Assembly: GCA_965219685.1 (NCBI GenBank)
Contig: CBDCOH010000002.1
Location: forward strand, 1,696,001 to 1,760,000
Origin: Candidatus Spongiisociaceae bacterium
GTDB lineage: Bacteria; Actinomycetota; Acidimicrobiia; Spongiisociales; Spongiisociaceae
Length of the DNA: 64,000 nt
Direction: 5' to 3'
Both the position numbers and the translations under genes were made by a program. Positions 47,413-57,356 of this stretch are shown piece after piece (position 1 is the first letter of the stretch; the number at the start of each line of letters is the position of its first letter). Under the pieces are notes generated by a model that was given only the letters and a program-made list of their open reading frames with translations, was not told the DNA's origin and made no database searches.

Positions 47413-49752
47413 TCACAAACAGTCCGCGGAGCCGGTCACGAGGTCGGATGGGCGAACCGGAACCCGCGCCAGTTCGAGTCCGGTCGCGTCGCGGAGGGCG
47501 TTGACGATGGCCGGGGTGGAGGAGAGCGTCGGTGGCTCGCCCACGCCGTTGAGACCGTACGGCGAGTCGGGATGCGGGAACTCGAAGAGGCGGACCTTCA
47601 TGGGCGGCATGTCGACAATGGTGGGAACCAGGTAATCGGTGAACGATGCGTTCTTCACCACCCCGCCGGCCATCTGCACCTCTTCGAGCAGGGCGAGTCC
47701 GAGACCCTGGGCGCTGCCGCCCTCGACCTGGCCCTCCACGGCCTCGGGGTTGATCGCCTTGCCCACATCCTGGGCAGCGGCCAGCTCCACCACGCGCACC
47801 AGACCGAGTTCGGTGTCCACGTCGACCACCGCCCGGTGCGCGGCGTAGGCGAAGGCGATGTGGGCGTCGCCCTGGCCCGCGAACTCGTCGATTGCCTCGG
47901 TGGGCCGGTGGTGGTACTCGAACGTGGCCTCTACCGCGCCGTCCGCGAGGAGATCCGCCATCGGCAGGAGGAGTTCGCCGGTCGCTACGTGACCGACACC
48001 TCCGTCGACGAGGCCCAGGTCCTGCGGATCGCAGCCGAGCCGTAACGAAGCTCTCGCCAACAAAGAGTCTCGGACACGTTCGCAGGCCCCTTTGACCGCT
48101 CCTCCGGTCATCCAGGTCTGGCGGGAGGCTGCCGACGACCCTGCATCGCCGATGAGCGTGTCCGCGGACCGTACCACCACCGCGTCGATCCCCAGCTCGG
48201 TCCGCGCGATCTGCGCTTGCACCGCCACTATGCCCTGGCCGCACTCCGAGGCGGCGCTGTACACCTCCACCAGAGGCGCTCGGCCGACCATCGACACGGT
48301 GACCCGGGCGGTCGAGTAGTCGTCCACCCCGCCGGAGAACCCGATCGCCTTCATTCCGAGGGCGTACCCCACTCCCCTCACCACACCCTCTCCGCGGGTC
48401 GTGTTGCCGACGCCGCCGGGAAGCCCTCGCAGATCCGTACGGCTACCGGCCGAGTCGGGCGGCATGGGCAGGTCCCGCAGATGCTCCAGCAGTTCGATGG
48501 TCGGGGTCGGGCCGTCCACGGGCTGGCCGGTCGGGAGGAGACAGCCCTCCCCGATGGCGTTAGCCGTGCGGAGTTCCAGCGGATGGATGTCGAGCGCCCG
48601 GGCCAGCTTGTCCATGGCCGACTCGATCGCGTAGCAGGCCTGGACCGCGCCGAAGCCGCGCATGGCGCCCCGCGGCGGGTTGTTGGTGTACACCGCGTAG
48701 CCGTCGATCTCGACATGGTCGACCTGGTAGGCGCCGGCCGCGAAGTAGGAGGCGTTGGCGATGACGATCTGAGACGTGGACGTGTACGCGCCTCCGTCGA
48801 GGAGGAGACGGGCCTTGGTAAAGACGAGCCGCCCGTCCGGCCTTGCCCCGAGTTCGATCCGGATCCGGGACGGATGCCGGTGGACGTGGCCCACGAAGGA
48901 CTCCTCGCGGTTGTAGGCCATCTTGACGGGGCGACCCATCCGCAATGCCAGCATGCAGGCGTGGATATGCACCGAGATGTCCTCCCTGCCTCCGAAAGCT
49001 CCACCGACCCCGCTCAGGGTCAGGCGTACCCGGCTCGGCTCCAGCCCGAGAGCTGCCGCTATCTGGCGGCGGTCGTCATGGATCCATTGGGAGGCCACAT
49101 AGAGGTCGATGCCCCCGCTTCCATCCGGTATGGCCAGACCGGCCTCCGGCCCGAGGAAGGCAGGATCCTGGACCCCCGTGCTGTACTCCCCTTCCACCAA
49201 CACCTCGGCTCGCCCCCTCGCGGAGGAAACATCCCCGTGGCGGATGCGAACATGACGTGCCACGTTCCCACCGGAGGCGATCGGATCCCCCGCCCCCGAC
49301 AGGGCCGCCTCCGGATCGGTGAGCGGCACCAGCAACGCGTAGGAGACGCGGACAGCGTCCACCGCCCGGCGGGCCGTTTCGGGATGGTCGGCGGCCACGA
49401 TCGCCACCGGCTCCCCGACGTAGCGGACCTCGTGGGCAGCGAGGACGGGCTGGTCGGCCACCTTGATACCGTAGAAGCGATGCCCCGGTACGTCCTCGGC
49501 GGTCAGCACGGTGGCGACACCGCGGATCGCCAGAGCGGGTGCGACATCGATGCCGACGATACGGGCCCTGGGGTGCGGACTCCTCACGGTGGCGCCCCAC
49601 AGCATCCCGTCGATGTGGAGGTCGGAGGCGTATGCGAAGCGTCCCAACACCTTGAGCGGCGCATCGGGACGCGGGGCTGACGTACCGACCCCGCGTGCAT
49701 GGGCCGTGCGGTCACGAACCTTCGTGTCCAGTTGCTGGCGAACTCCCGTCAT
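47413..49752 (-). CDS. Xanthine dehydrogenase-family molybdopterin subunit
   Basis: RSPHPRA, GGAFGGRE, MRGFG..Q, ASRQT, GQVEGG..QG.G, GVGEPP. Confidence 0.93.
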   Translation of the reverse strand: MTGVRQQLDTKVRDRTAHARGVGTSAPRPDAPLKVLGRFAYASDLHIDGMLWGATVRSPHPRARIVGIDVAPALAIRGVATVLTAEDVPGHRFYGIKVADQPVLAAHEVRYVGEPVAIVAADHPETARRAVDAVRVSYALLVPLTDPEAALSGAGDPIASGGNVARHVRIRHGDVSSARGRAEVLVEGEYSTGVQDPAFLGPEAGLAIPDGSGGIDLYVASQWIHDDRRQIAAALGLEPSRVRLTLSGVGGAFGGREDISVHIHACMLALRMGRPVKMAYNREESFVGHVHRHPSRIRIELGARPDGRLVFTKARLLLDGGAYTSTSQIVIANASYFAAGAYQVDHVEIDGYAVYTNNPPRGAMRGFGAVQACYAIESAMDKLARALDIHPLELRTANAIGEGCLLPTGQPVDGPTPTIELLEHLRDLPMPPDSAGSRTDLRGLPGGVGNTTRGEGVVRGVGYALGMKAIGFSGGVDDYSTARVTVSMVGRAPLVEVYSAASECGQGIVAVQAQIARTELGIDAVVVRSADTLIGDAGSSAASRQTWMTGGAVKGACERVRDSLLARASLRLGCDPQDLGLVDGGVGHVATGELLLPMADLLADGAVEATFEYHHRPTEAIDEFAGQGDAHIAFAYAAHRAVVDVDTELGLVRVVELAAAQDVGKAINPEAVEGQVEGGSAQGLGLALLEEVQMAGGVVKNASFTDYLVPTIVDMPPMKVRLFEFPHPDSPYGLNGVGEPPTLSSTPAIVNALRDATGLELARVPVRPSDLVTGSADCL

Positions 49753-50744
49753 GCGCGGCAGCCTTCGAGGCCGGACCGCAGCACTCCCCGGTCGAGGTTA
49801 CGACCGACGAACACGAGCCGGCTGCCCCGGCTACCTTTCCATCGCCCACCCGGATACATCTCGAACAGGCTGTGCACCCCTTGGAGAATGGTCTGGTGGG
49901 GTCGCCGGTCCACGGCGAGTATTCCTTTGATCCGGTAGATGTCGGCCGACCGCGTAGCGGTGAGGTTATGGAGCCATTCCGTCAGCTTCGCTTCGTCCAA
50001 GTCGCCTGGGACGTCGAGGCTGACGGCCTCCGTTCCTGGATCACTGGAGGGGATGTAGGTGTCTTCGAGGAACCCGTCCCCCGCCGACGCGGGAGATCCG
50101 GCGAATGCCTGTATTCCGAGTATCTCGTCCGGGTCGACTCTCGAGTAGCAGGATCTGATGACGGGGGCGGTGTTGTTGAACTCGCTGATCCGAGCTTCCG
50201 TGTTCCGCAGGGCATCTGCCTCGACCAGGTCGATCTTGTTGAGAACGATCCGGTCGGCGCACAGGATCTGGTCCACCACCCTGCTGTCGGGCCGCTCAGG
50301 GCCGAACGCGTCCAGGTGGGCGTCGACGTGCTTGGCGTCGACCACGGTCACAATCCCGTCGACCGCTATGCGATCGGCCAGTTCGTCGACGAATAGCGCC
50401 TGGGTGACCGGTACCGGGTCGGCGACGCCGCTGGTCTCGATCACCACGTAGTCGGGCGGTTCGGGGCGGGCCATCAGCTGGCGGATCGTGGCGGCCAGGT
50501 CGTTGCGAACCGAGAGCGTGCAGCACACACATCCGTTGGCCATCTCGATCACTTCCTCGTCGGAGGTGACGATGAGGTCGCCGTCGATTCCGATCTCGCC
50601 GAACTCGTTCACTATCACCGCTATGCGCCGTCCGTGGTCCACCGAGAGTATGTGGTTGACCAGGGTGGTCTTTCCGGCGCCCAGGAAGCCTGTCAGGACC
50701 GTGACGCTCGGGCCGGTACGAGTTTTCGCGAATGGCGGCCTCAT
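49749..50744 (-). CDS. CobW/COG0523-family GTPase metallochaperone
   Basis: GFLGAGKTT, NEFGE, GCVCC, ETSG.ADP, NKID, R.KG. Confidence 0.93.
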   Translation of the reverse strand: MRPPFAKTRTGPSVTVLTGFLGAGKTTLVNHILSVDHGRRIAVIVNEFGEIGIDGDLIVTSDEEVIEMANGCVCCTLSVRNDLAATIRQLMARPEPPDYVVIETSGVADPVPVTQALFVDELADRIAVDGIVTVVDAKHVDAHLDAFGPERPDSRVVDQILCADRIVLNKIDLVEADALRNTEARISEFNNTAPVIRSCYSRVDPDEILGIQAFAGSPASAGDGFLEDTYIPSSDPGTEAVSLDVPGDLDEAKLTEWLHNLTATRSADIYRIKGILAVDRRPHQTILQGVHSLFEMYPGGRWKGSRGSRLVFVGRNLDRGVLRSGLEGCRA

Positions 50745-51208
50745 CCGAGCGCCATATCCGCGGCCAGCCGGACCGCGGAGACGATCTTCTCGTATCCGGT
50801 GCAGCGGCACAGATTCCCGGCCAGGGCCTCGCGGATCTCGTCGTCCGAGGGATGGGCGTTGGCATTGAGCAGGCTGTGCGTGGCGAGGATCAGACCGGGC
50901 GTGCAGAACCCGCACTGAACCGCACCCTCGGACACGTATGCCTGCTGGATCGGATGGAGGAGTTCCCCGTCCCCGAGGCCCTCCACCGTCAGCACCTCGG
51001 CGCCGTCCGCCTGGCCGGCCGCCACCAGGCACGCGCAGACAAGTTCACCGTCCAGGTACACGGAACATGATCCGCACTCTCCCTGTTCGCAGGCGTCCTT
51101 CGATCCCCTCAGACCCAGACGCTCCCTAAGCACGTAAAGCAGGCTCTCACCTGGCCACACGTTCTCGGCAGTGCGAGGCCTACCGTTGACCGTCAACTCG
51201 ATCAGCAC
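50741..51208 (-). CDS. Xanthine dehydrogenase [2Fe-2S] subunit
   Basis: CEQGECGSC...C, QCGFCTPG, GNLCRCTGY. Confidence 0.95.
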   Translation of the reverse strand: MLIELTVNGRPRTAENVWPGESLLYVLRERLGLRGSKDACEQGECGSCSVYLDGELVCACLVAAGQADGAEVLTVEGLGDGELLHPIQQAYVSEGAVQCGFCTPGLILATHSLLNANAHPSDDEIREALAGNLCRCTGYEKIVSAVRLAADMALG

Positions 51209-52077
51209 GGTTCCCACTCCTCCAACGACGACCATGCCCAGCACAGGGTTCTGCGAGCCATGACCCGCAGTGCATGGACGCGGTAGCGCGCCGGACCGCG
51301 CACGTCGTCGATCGGCCGGGCGGCGGCTGCCACCAACCCGGCGAACCGATCCACAACTCCGCTGGGCAGTTCTCGATGATCCTCCCAGTAATCCCCTCTG
51401 GCGAGCTCGTGGTCCAAGTAGGCCGCCGCTTCCCTAGCCTCGATCGGGGTGGGGGCTGCGGAACCGATTCCCGTCCCGACGTGGCGGCTCGGCACATCCA
51501 ACGCGAGGGCGAAGGAGACCACCGCGATCACCATCGCGTTGCGCGTGCCCACCTTCGAGAACTGCTGGGGGCCTCGGGCGGCCGGGATCAGGACCGATCT
51601 GATCAGCTCGTCCGGCTCCAGCACGTTGCGCTTGGGACCGGTGAAGAAGTCGCCGATCGCCACATCCCGGACACCCCGCATCGATTCGATCCGGACCGTC
51701 GCACCCGTGGCGAGCAACGGGGGGTGCGCATCCCCGGCGGGGGAGGCCGTGGCCAGGTTGCCGGCGACGGTTCCCCGGTTGCGTATCTGGGGCGATCCGA
51801 CCGTCCGGGAGGCAATCGTCAGCGCAGGCAGGTCATGACTCAGGTGCTCCAGGACATCCGTGTACGTGACGCCGGCCCCGAGTTCAACCGTCCCGTTGCT
51901 CCTCCGCCATCCTTTGAGCTCGTCGAGGTGCGAGAGATCGAGCAGTGACGGCGGCCGGCGGCGGGCGAAGTTGATCTCGACCATGAGATCGGTGCCACCG
52001 CTGATCGGGACCGCGGCAGGGTTCTCCGTCTTCAGCGCTACTGCATCCTGCCAGGTGCAAGGTCGTAGGTAATCCAC
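51202..52077 (-). CDS. Xanthine dehydrogenase FAD-binding subunit
   Basis: GGTDL, GSPQIRNRGT.AGN..TASPAGD, PIDDVRG...YR. Confidence 0.93.
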   Translation of the reverse strand: MDYLRPCTWQDAVALKTENPAAVPISGGTDLMVEINFARRRPPSLLDLSHLDELKGWRRSNGTVELGAGVTYTDVLEHLSHDLPALTIASRTVGSPQIRNRGTVAGNLATASPAGDAHPPLLATGATVRIESMRGVRDVAIGDFFTGPKRNVLEPDELIRSVLIPAARGPQQFSKVGTRNAMVIAVVSFALALDVPSRHVGTGIGSAAPTPIEAREAAAYLDHELARGDYWEDHRELPSGVVDRFAGLVAAAARPIDDVRGPARYRVHALRVMARRTLCWAWSSLEEWEPC

Positions 52078-52144
52078 TCCCGGTTTCTCTTCCGGCGGCC
52101 CCCGATGCTAGTGGGCGGTATCGGGCGGGTGACGATCCACACAT

Positions 52145-52405
52145 CCAGTCCTGATTAGTCCCTAGTCGATAATCCATAGCTTTTAGTTGGTGTGCAACGG
52201 TTAATAGAGGATCGAGTCATTTCCATCCTCCATAGCACTGTTCGGGTCTCGCGTGTGCACCGCGGGTGGCTCTTCGCGAGATGGCAGGCCCGGAGTCCGA
52301 GTCCAGGAACAGGGGCACACCAGTTACAGATGTGTTGTACAGCGTTGTGTAGCGACCATGGCGTACGGTCGCTTCTGGTCGGATCCCTTGGAACGACTCG
52401 TCTAG
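52145..52405 (-). mobile_element. MITE-like dispersed element, copy C
   Basis: Long shared blocks with copy B (CATAGCACTGTT, GTCCAGGAACAGGGGCACACCAGT, GTTGTACAGCGTTGTGTAGCGA, GATCCCTTGGAAC.ACTCGTCTAG); left TIR is degenerate. Confidence 0.78.
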
Positions 52406-52457
52406 CTCGGATTCACGACGTGATAACTTTGAGTCCGGTCGATCACGGCGGGATTGC

Positions 52458-53096
52458 ATGGCCCACGAGCGGGTAGAGAAGAGTCGCGCGAGGCTGCTCC
52501 GGCGAGCGGTGCGGCTCGAGTGGCTGACCGTGGGCTGGAACGCGGCGGAAGGGATCATCGCCGTGGCGGCGGCTCTGGCCGCGGGCAGCGTGGCTCTTCT
52601 CGGGTTCGGGATCGACAGCTTCGTGGAGACGGTGTCCGGCGGAGTGATCCTGTGGCGCATCGCCGCCGAGCGGCGCGCCACCGCTGCGACCCGCATCCGG
52701 CGGGTCGAGGACACGGCCCGCAAAGGCGTAGCTCTCAGCATGTGGTTGCTCGCGTTGTACGTGGCTGCGGACGCCACCTCTGCCTTGGTGAGCGGCGATC
52801 GACCCTCCTCTTCAGCAGTGGGTGTGGCCTTGCTCGTGGTATCGGTGGCCGTGATGAAGTGGTTGGCCAACGCCAAGAGAGCCGTGGCCCGCGCCCTGCA
52901 CAGCCACGCCATGGAGGCCGACGCCGCCCAGACCGGCTTCTGCTGGAAGCTGTCGGTAGTCGCGCTGACCGGACTGGTGGCCAATGCCGTGCTCGATTGG
53001 TGGTGGGCCGACCCGGTCGCGGCGTTGGGACTCTCAGGCCTGATCGCCACCGAAGGCCGCCGGACGTGGAAGCTGGGAACAGCATGCTGCGCATAA
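52458..53096 (+). CDS. Cation-efflux (CDF-like) membrane protein
   Basis: WN..EG..A, S.AL.GFG.DS..E, A.K..VA.AL.S.A..ADA, WWWADP.AA. Confidence 0.85.
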   Translation: MAHERVEKSRARLLRRAVRLEWLTVGWNAAEGIIAVAAALAAGSVALLGFGIDSFVETVSGGVILWRIAAERRATAATRIRRVEDTARKGVALSMWLLALYVAADATSALVSGDRPSSSAVGVALLVVSVAVMKWLANAKRAVARALHSHAMEADAAQTGFCWKLSVVALTGLVANAVLDWWWADPVAALGLSGLIATEGRRTWKLGTACCA

Positions 53097-53219
53097 GGAC
53101 TTCCGAAACCCGGCACCAGCGAGCATAGGGCACATTTGCCAGGCCTCCGCCGTATCGCGCCCCCGGTTCCGCCGCGTCTGTATGGTCGGGGGCAACACGA
53201 AGACCGGGGGAGAGTGCAG

Positions 53220-54188
53220 ATGCCAACGGCGACCAAGTGGGCGACCAGAACTCATCGAAGGGCTCTCCGGGCAAAGACCACCGATGCTGTAGCAGCCCTT
53301 ACGGTTCTGGTTCTCTTGACCGCCGCATGCACAGCCGGCGAGACGCCACCGGACACCACCCCCGGCGCAGAGATCGGATCCGCTCCAACAGCGACACCCG
53401 CGACGACGTCGCTGCCGGAGACCCGGCCTCCCGACACCGCCGTCGTGACTACGGAACCGCCGACAACGGCCGTGTCGCCGTCAACCACCGACTCGGTGGC
53501 GGTCACGACCGCACCGCTACCGGGCGATCCGTCGGACTTCGGACCTGCCGAGGGCGCCGCGCTTGCCGTGGTGGGCGTGGATCACGACGATGTGCTCAAT
53601 GTTCGTGATGTGCCCGCCGGCGAGGTCATCGCCACCATGGGCCTGCTAAACCCCTACATCGGCCTTCTCGAAGTCCGTGAAGCGCCTTCCGGTGAGATAC
53701 TGGCCACGCCGGACTCGTGGGCGGACGCCATTGTGGCCACCGGCAGGACCAGGACGCTACCGACCACCACCTGGCACGAGCTACGCGTAGCCGGCTTGAC
53801 GGGCTGGTCGAGCGCCGCATACCTGGCGCAACCGGGTGCCACGGACGACCTGACAGCCCACATCATCGAGATGCTCGGCGAGGGGACGCAGGCGGACACG
53901 ATGCTCGATCTGGGCCTCATGGTCGCGGAGACGATGGCGTCCGACCAGCCGCCATCTCTTGTCGTCGTTTCGGTGAAACCCTTCTTATTCGAGGCCATCG
54001 GTGAGATCACCGTTGATGTGCTGAACATCGGCGACGACTCCGTCCTGGGCTTCCGGCTGGGCATATTCGCGGACGCCGGGGAGGACTGGATGTCGGAGGA
54101 CCCGGGTCCCTTCACCCTCCGCGCAGTCACGAGCACCGTCCTTTGCTACAGCAGCCGGGGAGTGACCGAATACGGCCTCTGCCGCTAG
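53220..54188 (+). CDS. Hypothetical lipoprotein (Thr/Pro linker, SH3-like segment)
   Basis: LTAAC lipobox, T/P-rich linker, DVLNVR..P and W.......GW....YL; start uncertain. Confidence 0.65.
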   Translation: MPTATKWATRTHRRALRAKTTDAVAALTVLVLLTAACTAGETPPDTTPGAEIGSAPTATPATTSLPETRPPDTAVVTTEPPTTAVSPSTTDSVAVTTAPLPGDPSDFGPAEGAALAVVGVDHDDVLNVRDVPAGEVIATMGLLNPYIGLLEVREAPSGEILATPDSWADAIVATGRTRTLPTTTWHELRVAGLTGWSSAAYLAQPGATDDLTAHIIEMLGEGTQADTMLDLGLMVAETMASDQPPSLVVVSVKPFLFEAIGEITVDVLNIGDDSVLGFRLGIFADAGEDWMSEDPGPFTLRAVTSTVLCYSSRGVTEYGLCR

Positions 54189-54629
54189 CTAGCAGCCATA
54201 CACCAGTCACGATAGGGGCCGCCTGTGAGCACACGGGGCAAACGTGTGTTGACGATCCCACTGGTTGTGACACTGGTCCTGTCCGGCGCGTGCAGCAACA
54301 ATCCTGCTGTTGCAGTGGGCGAGTCTCATAGCGACAGGACCACCTACCCTGATCGTCGGCTTCCGATGCGGGACCGTGACCGGGTTGGTCGACGAAGACG
54401 GCGGACAGACTCCGATGTGAGGAGTAGCGCCCGGACGAGGACCGTTGCCATCACATCTGAGCATACGACGCCGACTCTGCAACGGAGAAGGTGCTAGCGG
54501 CCTTCCCCGTAGGGCGGATCTCAGGACCTGGCCTCTGCATCGACGTCGTGTAGGCCATGGCTTCTCACTTGCTGTGAGTGCTAGACATCCTTGATCAGCA
54601 AGCTGTCTGAGGGTGGTTCGGGATGTTTA

Positions 54630-54667
54630 TGTCACAGGGGGGTTGTACAATAAGAACATATGTACGA
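54630..54667 (+). promoter_or_regulatory. RecA-NDp/PafBC-type promoter plus LexA (SOS) box overlapping the start codon
   Basis: TGTCAC-N10-TACAAT (54630-54651), then AAGAACATATGTACGA (54652-54667) versus consensus TCGAAC-N4-GTTCGA. Confidence 0.65.
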
Positions 54668-56018
54668 TTACTTACTCGACTACCCCGACCGGGAAAACGT
54701 CCATCCCACAGCCGCCAACGGTGCGGGACCGGATGCTGATCCGTTCACGAGCCGATACCAGCAGGAACGGCAACGGGTCTACAACCGGGCCGCTCATATG
54801 GCAAACAGCACGGATTACACCCACGCCGACGTGGAAGACGCCAAAGCAGAAGCCGGGCTGGTACGCGAACAGGCCAAGGTCAGCCGATCCAAGGGTGGAC
54901 AGATCGCCTGGGTCCGGCACATGCTCAGGCGGGGTGCTGTGGCCCGCATGGGGTACCGCAACCCAATAGAGATGGTCGCCTCCCGCCTTGACGCGCCCAG
55001 GTCCGCGGCGCGTGACCTGGTGTATCTGGCGGAGCGGTTGGCGGATCACCAGATCGAGGCGATCCGAGCGGGTGCCGTCTCCTTCGAGCGTGCCCTCGCC
55101 GAGGAGCGCCTCGCCGAAGCGGGCGCGTCGCGGGAGGTGATCGAGGCCAGCCGGGACCTGGACCTCGAAGCGGTACAGCGGGTCCTGGAAGAGCACCACC
55201 GGATGAGCAGAGCCGACGAGCGGGAACTGTTCGAGGGCCAGTACCTGATGTTGCAGCCATCACTGGACGGCAGCCACATCCAGGTGAAAGGACGGCTCGG
55301 CGCCCTCGAAGGAGAGATATGCCGCCAGGGCCTCGACCGCAGAGCAGAAAAGCTGGTACCCGCCGGAGAGGAACGCCCCAATGCGGGACAGCGGCGGGCA
55401 CTGGCCCTGACAACCCTCTGCCAGGACGAACTCGAACGCCACCCCCAACCCGCCAGCACCACCACCGACCGGATCCGGGCCGCCCAAGGACGCCGGGAGC
55501 CGTCGATCATGATCGTCGCTCACCAGCCTTTGGCCGAAGCGTCCGGCTACGAACAGGGTGTGGCCGTCCTGGGAGGAGCCCGGGTGGGACCCGATGTCGT
55601 GGACCTCATCGGATGCGTGAGTCCCATCGAGAGGATCACCACCGACGGGCAGAGCATCGTCCACCTCCCAACTACCACCAACATCCGACCCTCCCTACGC
55701 CGCGCGGTTCTCGCCCGTGACGACGGTTGCACCATCGACGGATGCACCTCCACCTACCGGCTCGAAGTCCACCACATCATCCCCGTCTCCCGGGGCGGCA
55801 ACCACACCCCCGAGAACGTCACCACCCTGTGCTGGTTCCACCACCACGTCGCCGTACACCGCCGAGGCATGCGCATTGATCCCCAATCACCACCCCGCCG
55901 CCGCCGACTCCTACCCGCAGCGGCAAGAACGTGCGGCTACCAGCCACCCGACCCCGACCCACACACCCTCGCCATCCTCCGGGCACTGCACGCACCCACC
56001 AACCGCGCCCCACCCTGA
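54660..56018 (+). CDS. DUF222/13E12-like HNH endonuclease
   Basis: QRRA.AL..LC, LRRAVLARD.GC...GC, EVHHI.P...GG.....N..TLC.FHH...H; likely leaderless MYD start. Confidence 0.85.
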   Translation: MYDYLLDYPDRENVHPTAANGAGPDADPFTSRYQQERQRVYNRAAHMANSTDYTHADVEDAKAEAGLVREQAKVSRSKGGQIAWVRHMLRRGAVARMGYRNPIEMVASRLDAPRSAARDLVYLAERLADHQIEAIRAGAVSFERALAEERLAEAGASREVIEASRDLDLEAVQRVLEEHHRMSRADERELFEGQYLMLQPSLDGSHIQVKGRLGALEGEICRQGLDRRAEKLVPAGEERPNAGQRRALALTTLCQDELERHPQPASTTTDRIRAAQGRREPSIMIVAHQPLAEASGYEQGVAVLGGARVGPDVVDLIGCVSPIERITTDGQSIVHLPTTTNIRPSLRRAVLARDDGCTIDGCTSTYRLEVHHIIPVSRGGNHTPENVTTLCWFHHHVAVHRRGMRIDPQSPPRRRRLLPAAARTCGYQPPDPDPHTLAILRALHAPTNRAPP

Positions 56019-56020
56019 CT

Positions 56021-56061
56021 CGTTGCCCGTTGCCCGTTGCCCGTTGCCCGTTGCCCGTTGC
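56021..56061 (+). repeat. Heptamer tandem repeat (CGTTGCC)5 plus a partial unit
   Basis: Read directly; starts 2 nt after the HNH gene stop. Confidence 0.95.
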
Positions 56062-56106
56062 ACCGTTCTTCGTTGATCGGCGCAGAAGAAGCCAATAACG
56101 CGAGCC

Positions 56107-56856
56107 TCACCTTCCGGGGCGGCGCGCCCGGATGATGGCGGAGTGGACCCCCACCACGGCTATGGAGTTCGCCGTGTCCGCCATCTGGTGGGTGGGAGTG
56201 ATCTCCACGTCGACCAGGCCTGCCGATTCCAGACCCTGCCGGTACTCGGTGAAGGAAGGCGCGCCTGCGATACAGCCGACCCAGGAGCCCCGCTCCTTGC
56301 GCTGCTCGGGAGTTAGCGCATCGTCGGCCACCACATCTGTCACCCCTACCCGCCCGCCGGGACGGAGCACCCGGGCGATCTCAGCGAAGACGGCCCTCTT
56401 GTCCTCCGACAGGTTGATCACGCAGTTGGAGATGACCACATCCACCGAGGCGTCGGGCAGCGGGATGTCCTCCATGTAGCCCTTGAGGAACTCGACGTTG
56501 CTCACCCCCGCCTCGGCCGCGTTGGCCCGCGCCAACGCCAGCATCTCATCGGTCATGTCCAATCCGTAGGCGAATCCGGTCGGACCGACCCGGCGAGCCG
56601 ACAGCAGTACGTCGATCCCCCCGCCCGAGCCGAGGTCCAGCACAATCTCGCCAGGGCGTAGCTCGGCCACCGCAACCGGGTTCCCGCAGCCGAGGGATCC
56701 TTCGGCCGCGGCCACCGGAAGTTCGTCGATCTCGGAAGGTGCGTAGAGACTGGATGCGAGTTCGCAATGCGGCTCGGCCTCGGCTACCCGGGTCATGGTG
56801 GCTCGGGCGGCGTTGGCGTAGCTCTGCCGCACCTGCTCGCGGATGCTGTCGGTCAT
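56107..56856 (-). CDS. arsM: Arsenite S-adenosylmethionine methyltransferase
   Basis: [41 protein letters not shown]. Confidence 0.88.
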   Translation of the reverse strand: MTDSIREQVRQSYANAARATMTRVAEAEPHCELASSLYAPSEIDELPVAAAEGSLGCGNPVAVAELRPGEIVLDLGSGGGIDVLLSARRVGPTGFAYGLDMTDEMLALARANAAEAGVSNVEFLKGYMEDIPLPDASVDVVISNCVINLSEDKRAVFAEIARVLRPGGRVGVTDVVADDALTPEQRKERGSWVGCIAGAPSFTEYRQGLESAGLVDVEITPTHQMADTANSIAVVGVHSAIIRARRPGR

Positions 56857-57356
56857 GAGGTTCCTCCGGTTCCGGCGACGTACAGTACCTGCTTCAACCG
56901 AGACACATCGGTACGAGATTCACCCTTTGCGGGTTGACACCCGCTCGACGAGCATGGGCGAGTGGACAGATCCACCCGTCGGGTCATGCCTCACCGGCCG
57001 CGATAGCGACCATTCCCGCAAGGTCGCACATCGTCTGGGTTCTGCTTCGGGTTGACTCCGGCCGGCGGGTGACCAGAACCCGGTGATCGGCCCCGATCAG
57101 GTCCGCGCTCTGTCCGAGGCGGGCCATGTCCGCAAGTCCGGGTCCGGTGGTAGGCGTATTTCTATTCTGCTCTCCCAGGACTTCTATCTCGCAGCCTGGA
57201 ATCTTCTACTTTGCAAGACCAGGAGAACGGAGTCCCTCCGGCACTCTCAGCGGATGCCGACGCTGTATGCGCCAGCCCTCGATCGTCGGCCGGCCTGGCA
57301 CGAGCGCAAAGCCGGCAATGCGCTTCTCTCGAGAAGATCCGGCTACCTTCTCGTAG

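Noticed and set aside
54225-54497. Short ORF with a lipoprotein-like signal (LSGAC)
   Set aside because: The remainder is low-information and may be a gene remnant; support is insufficient.
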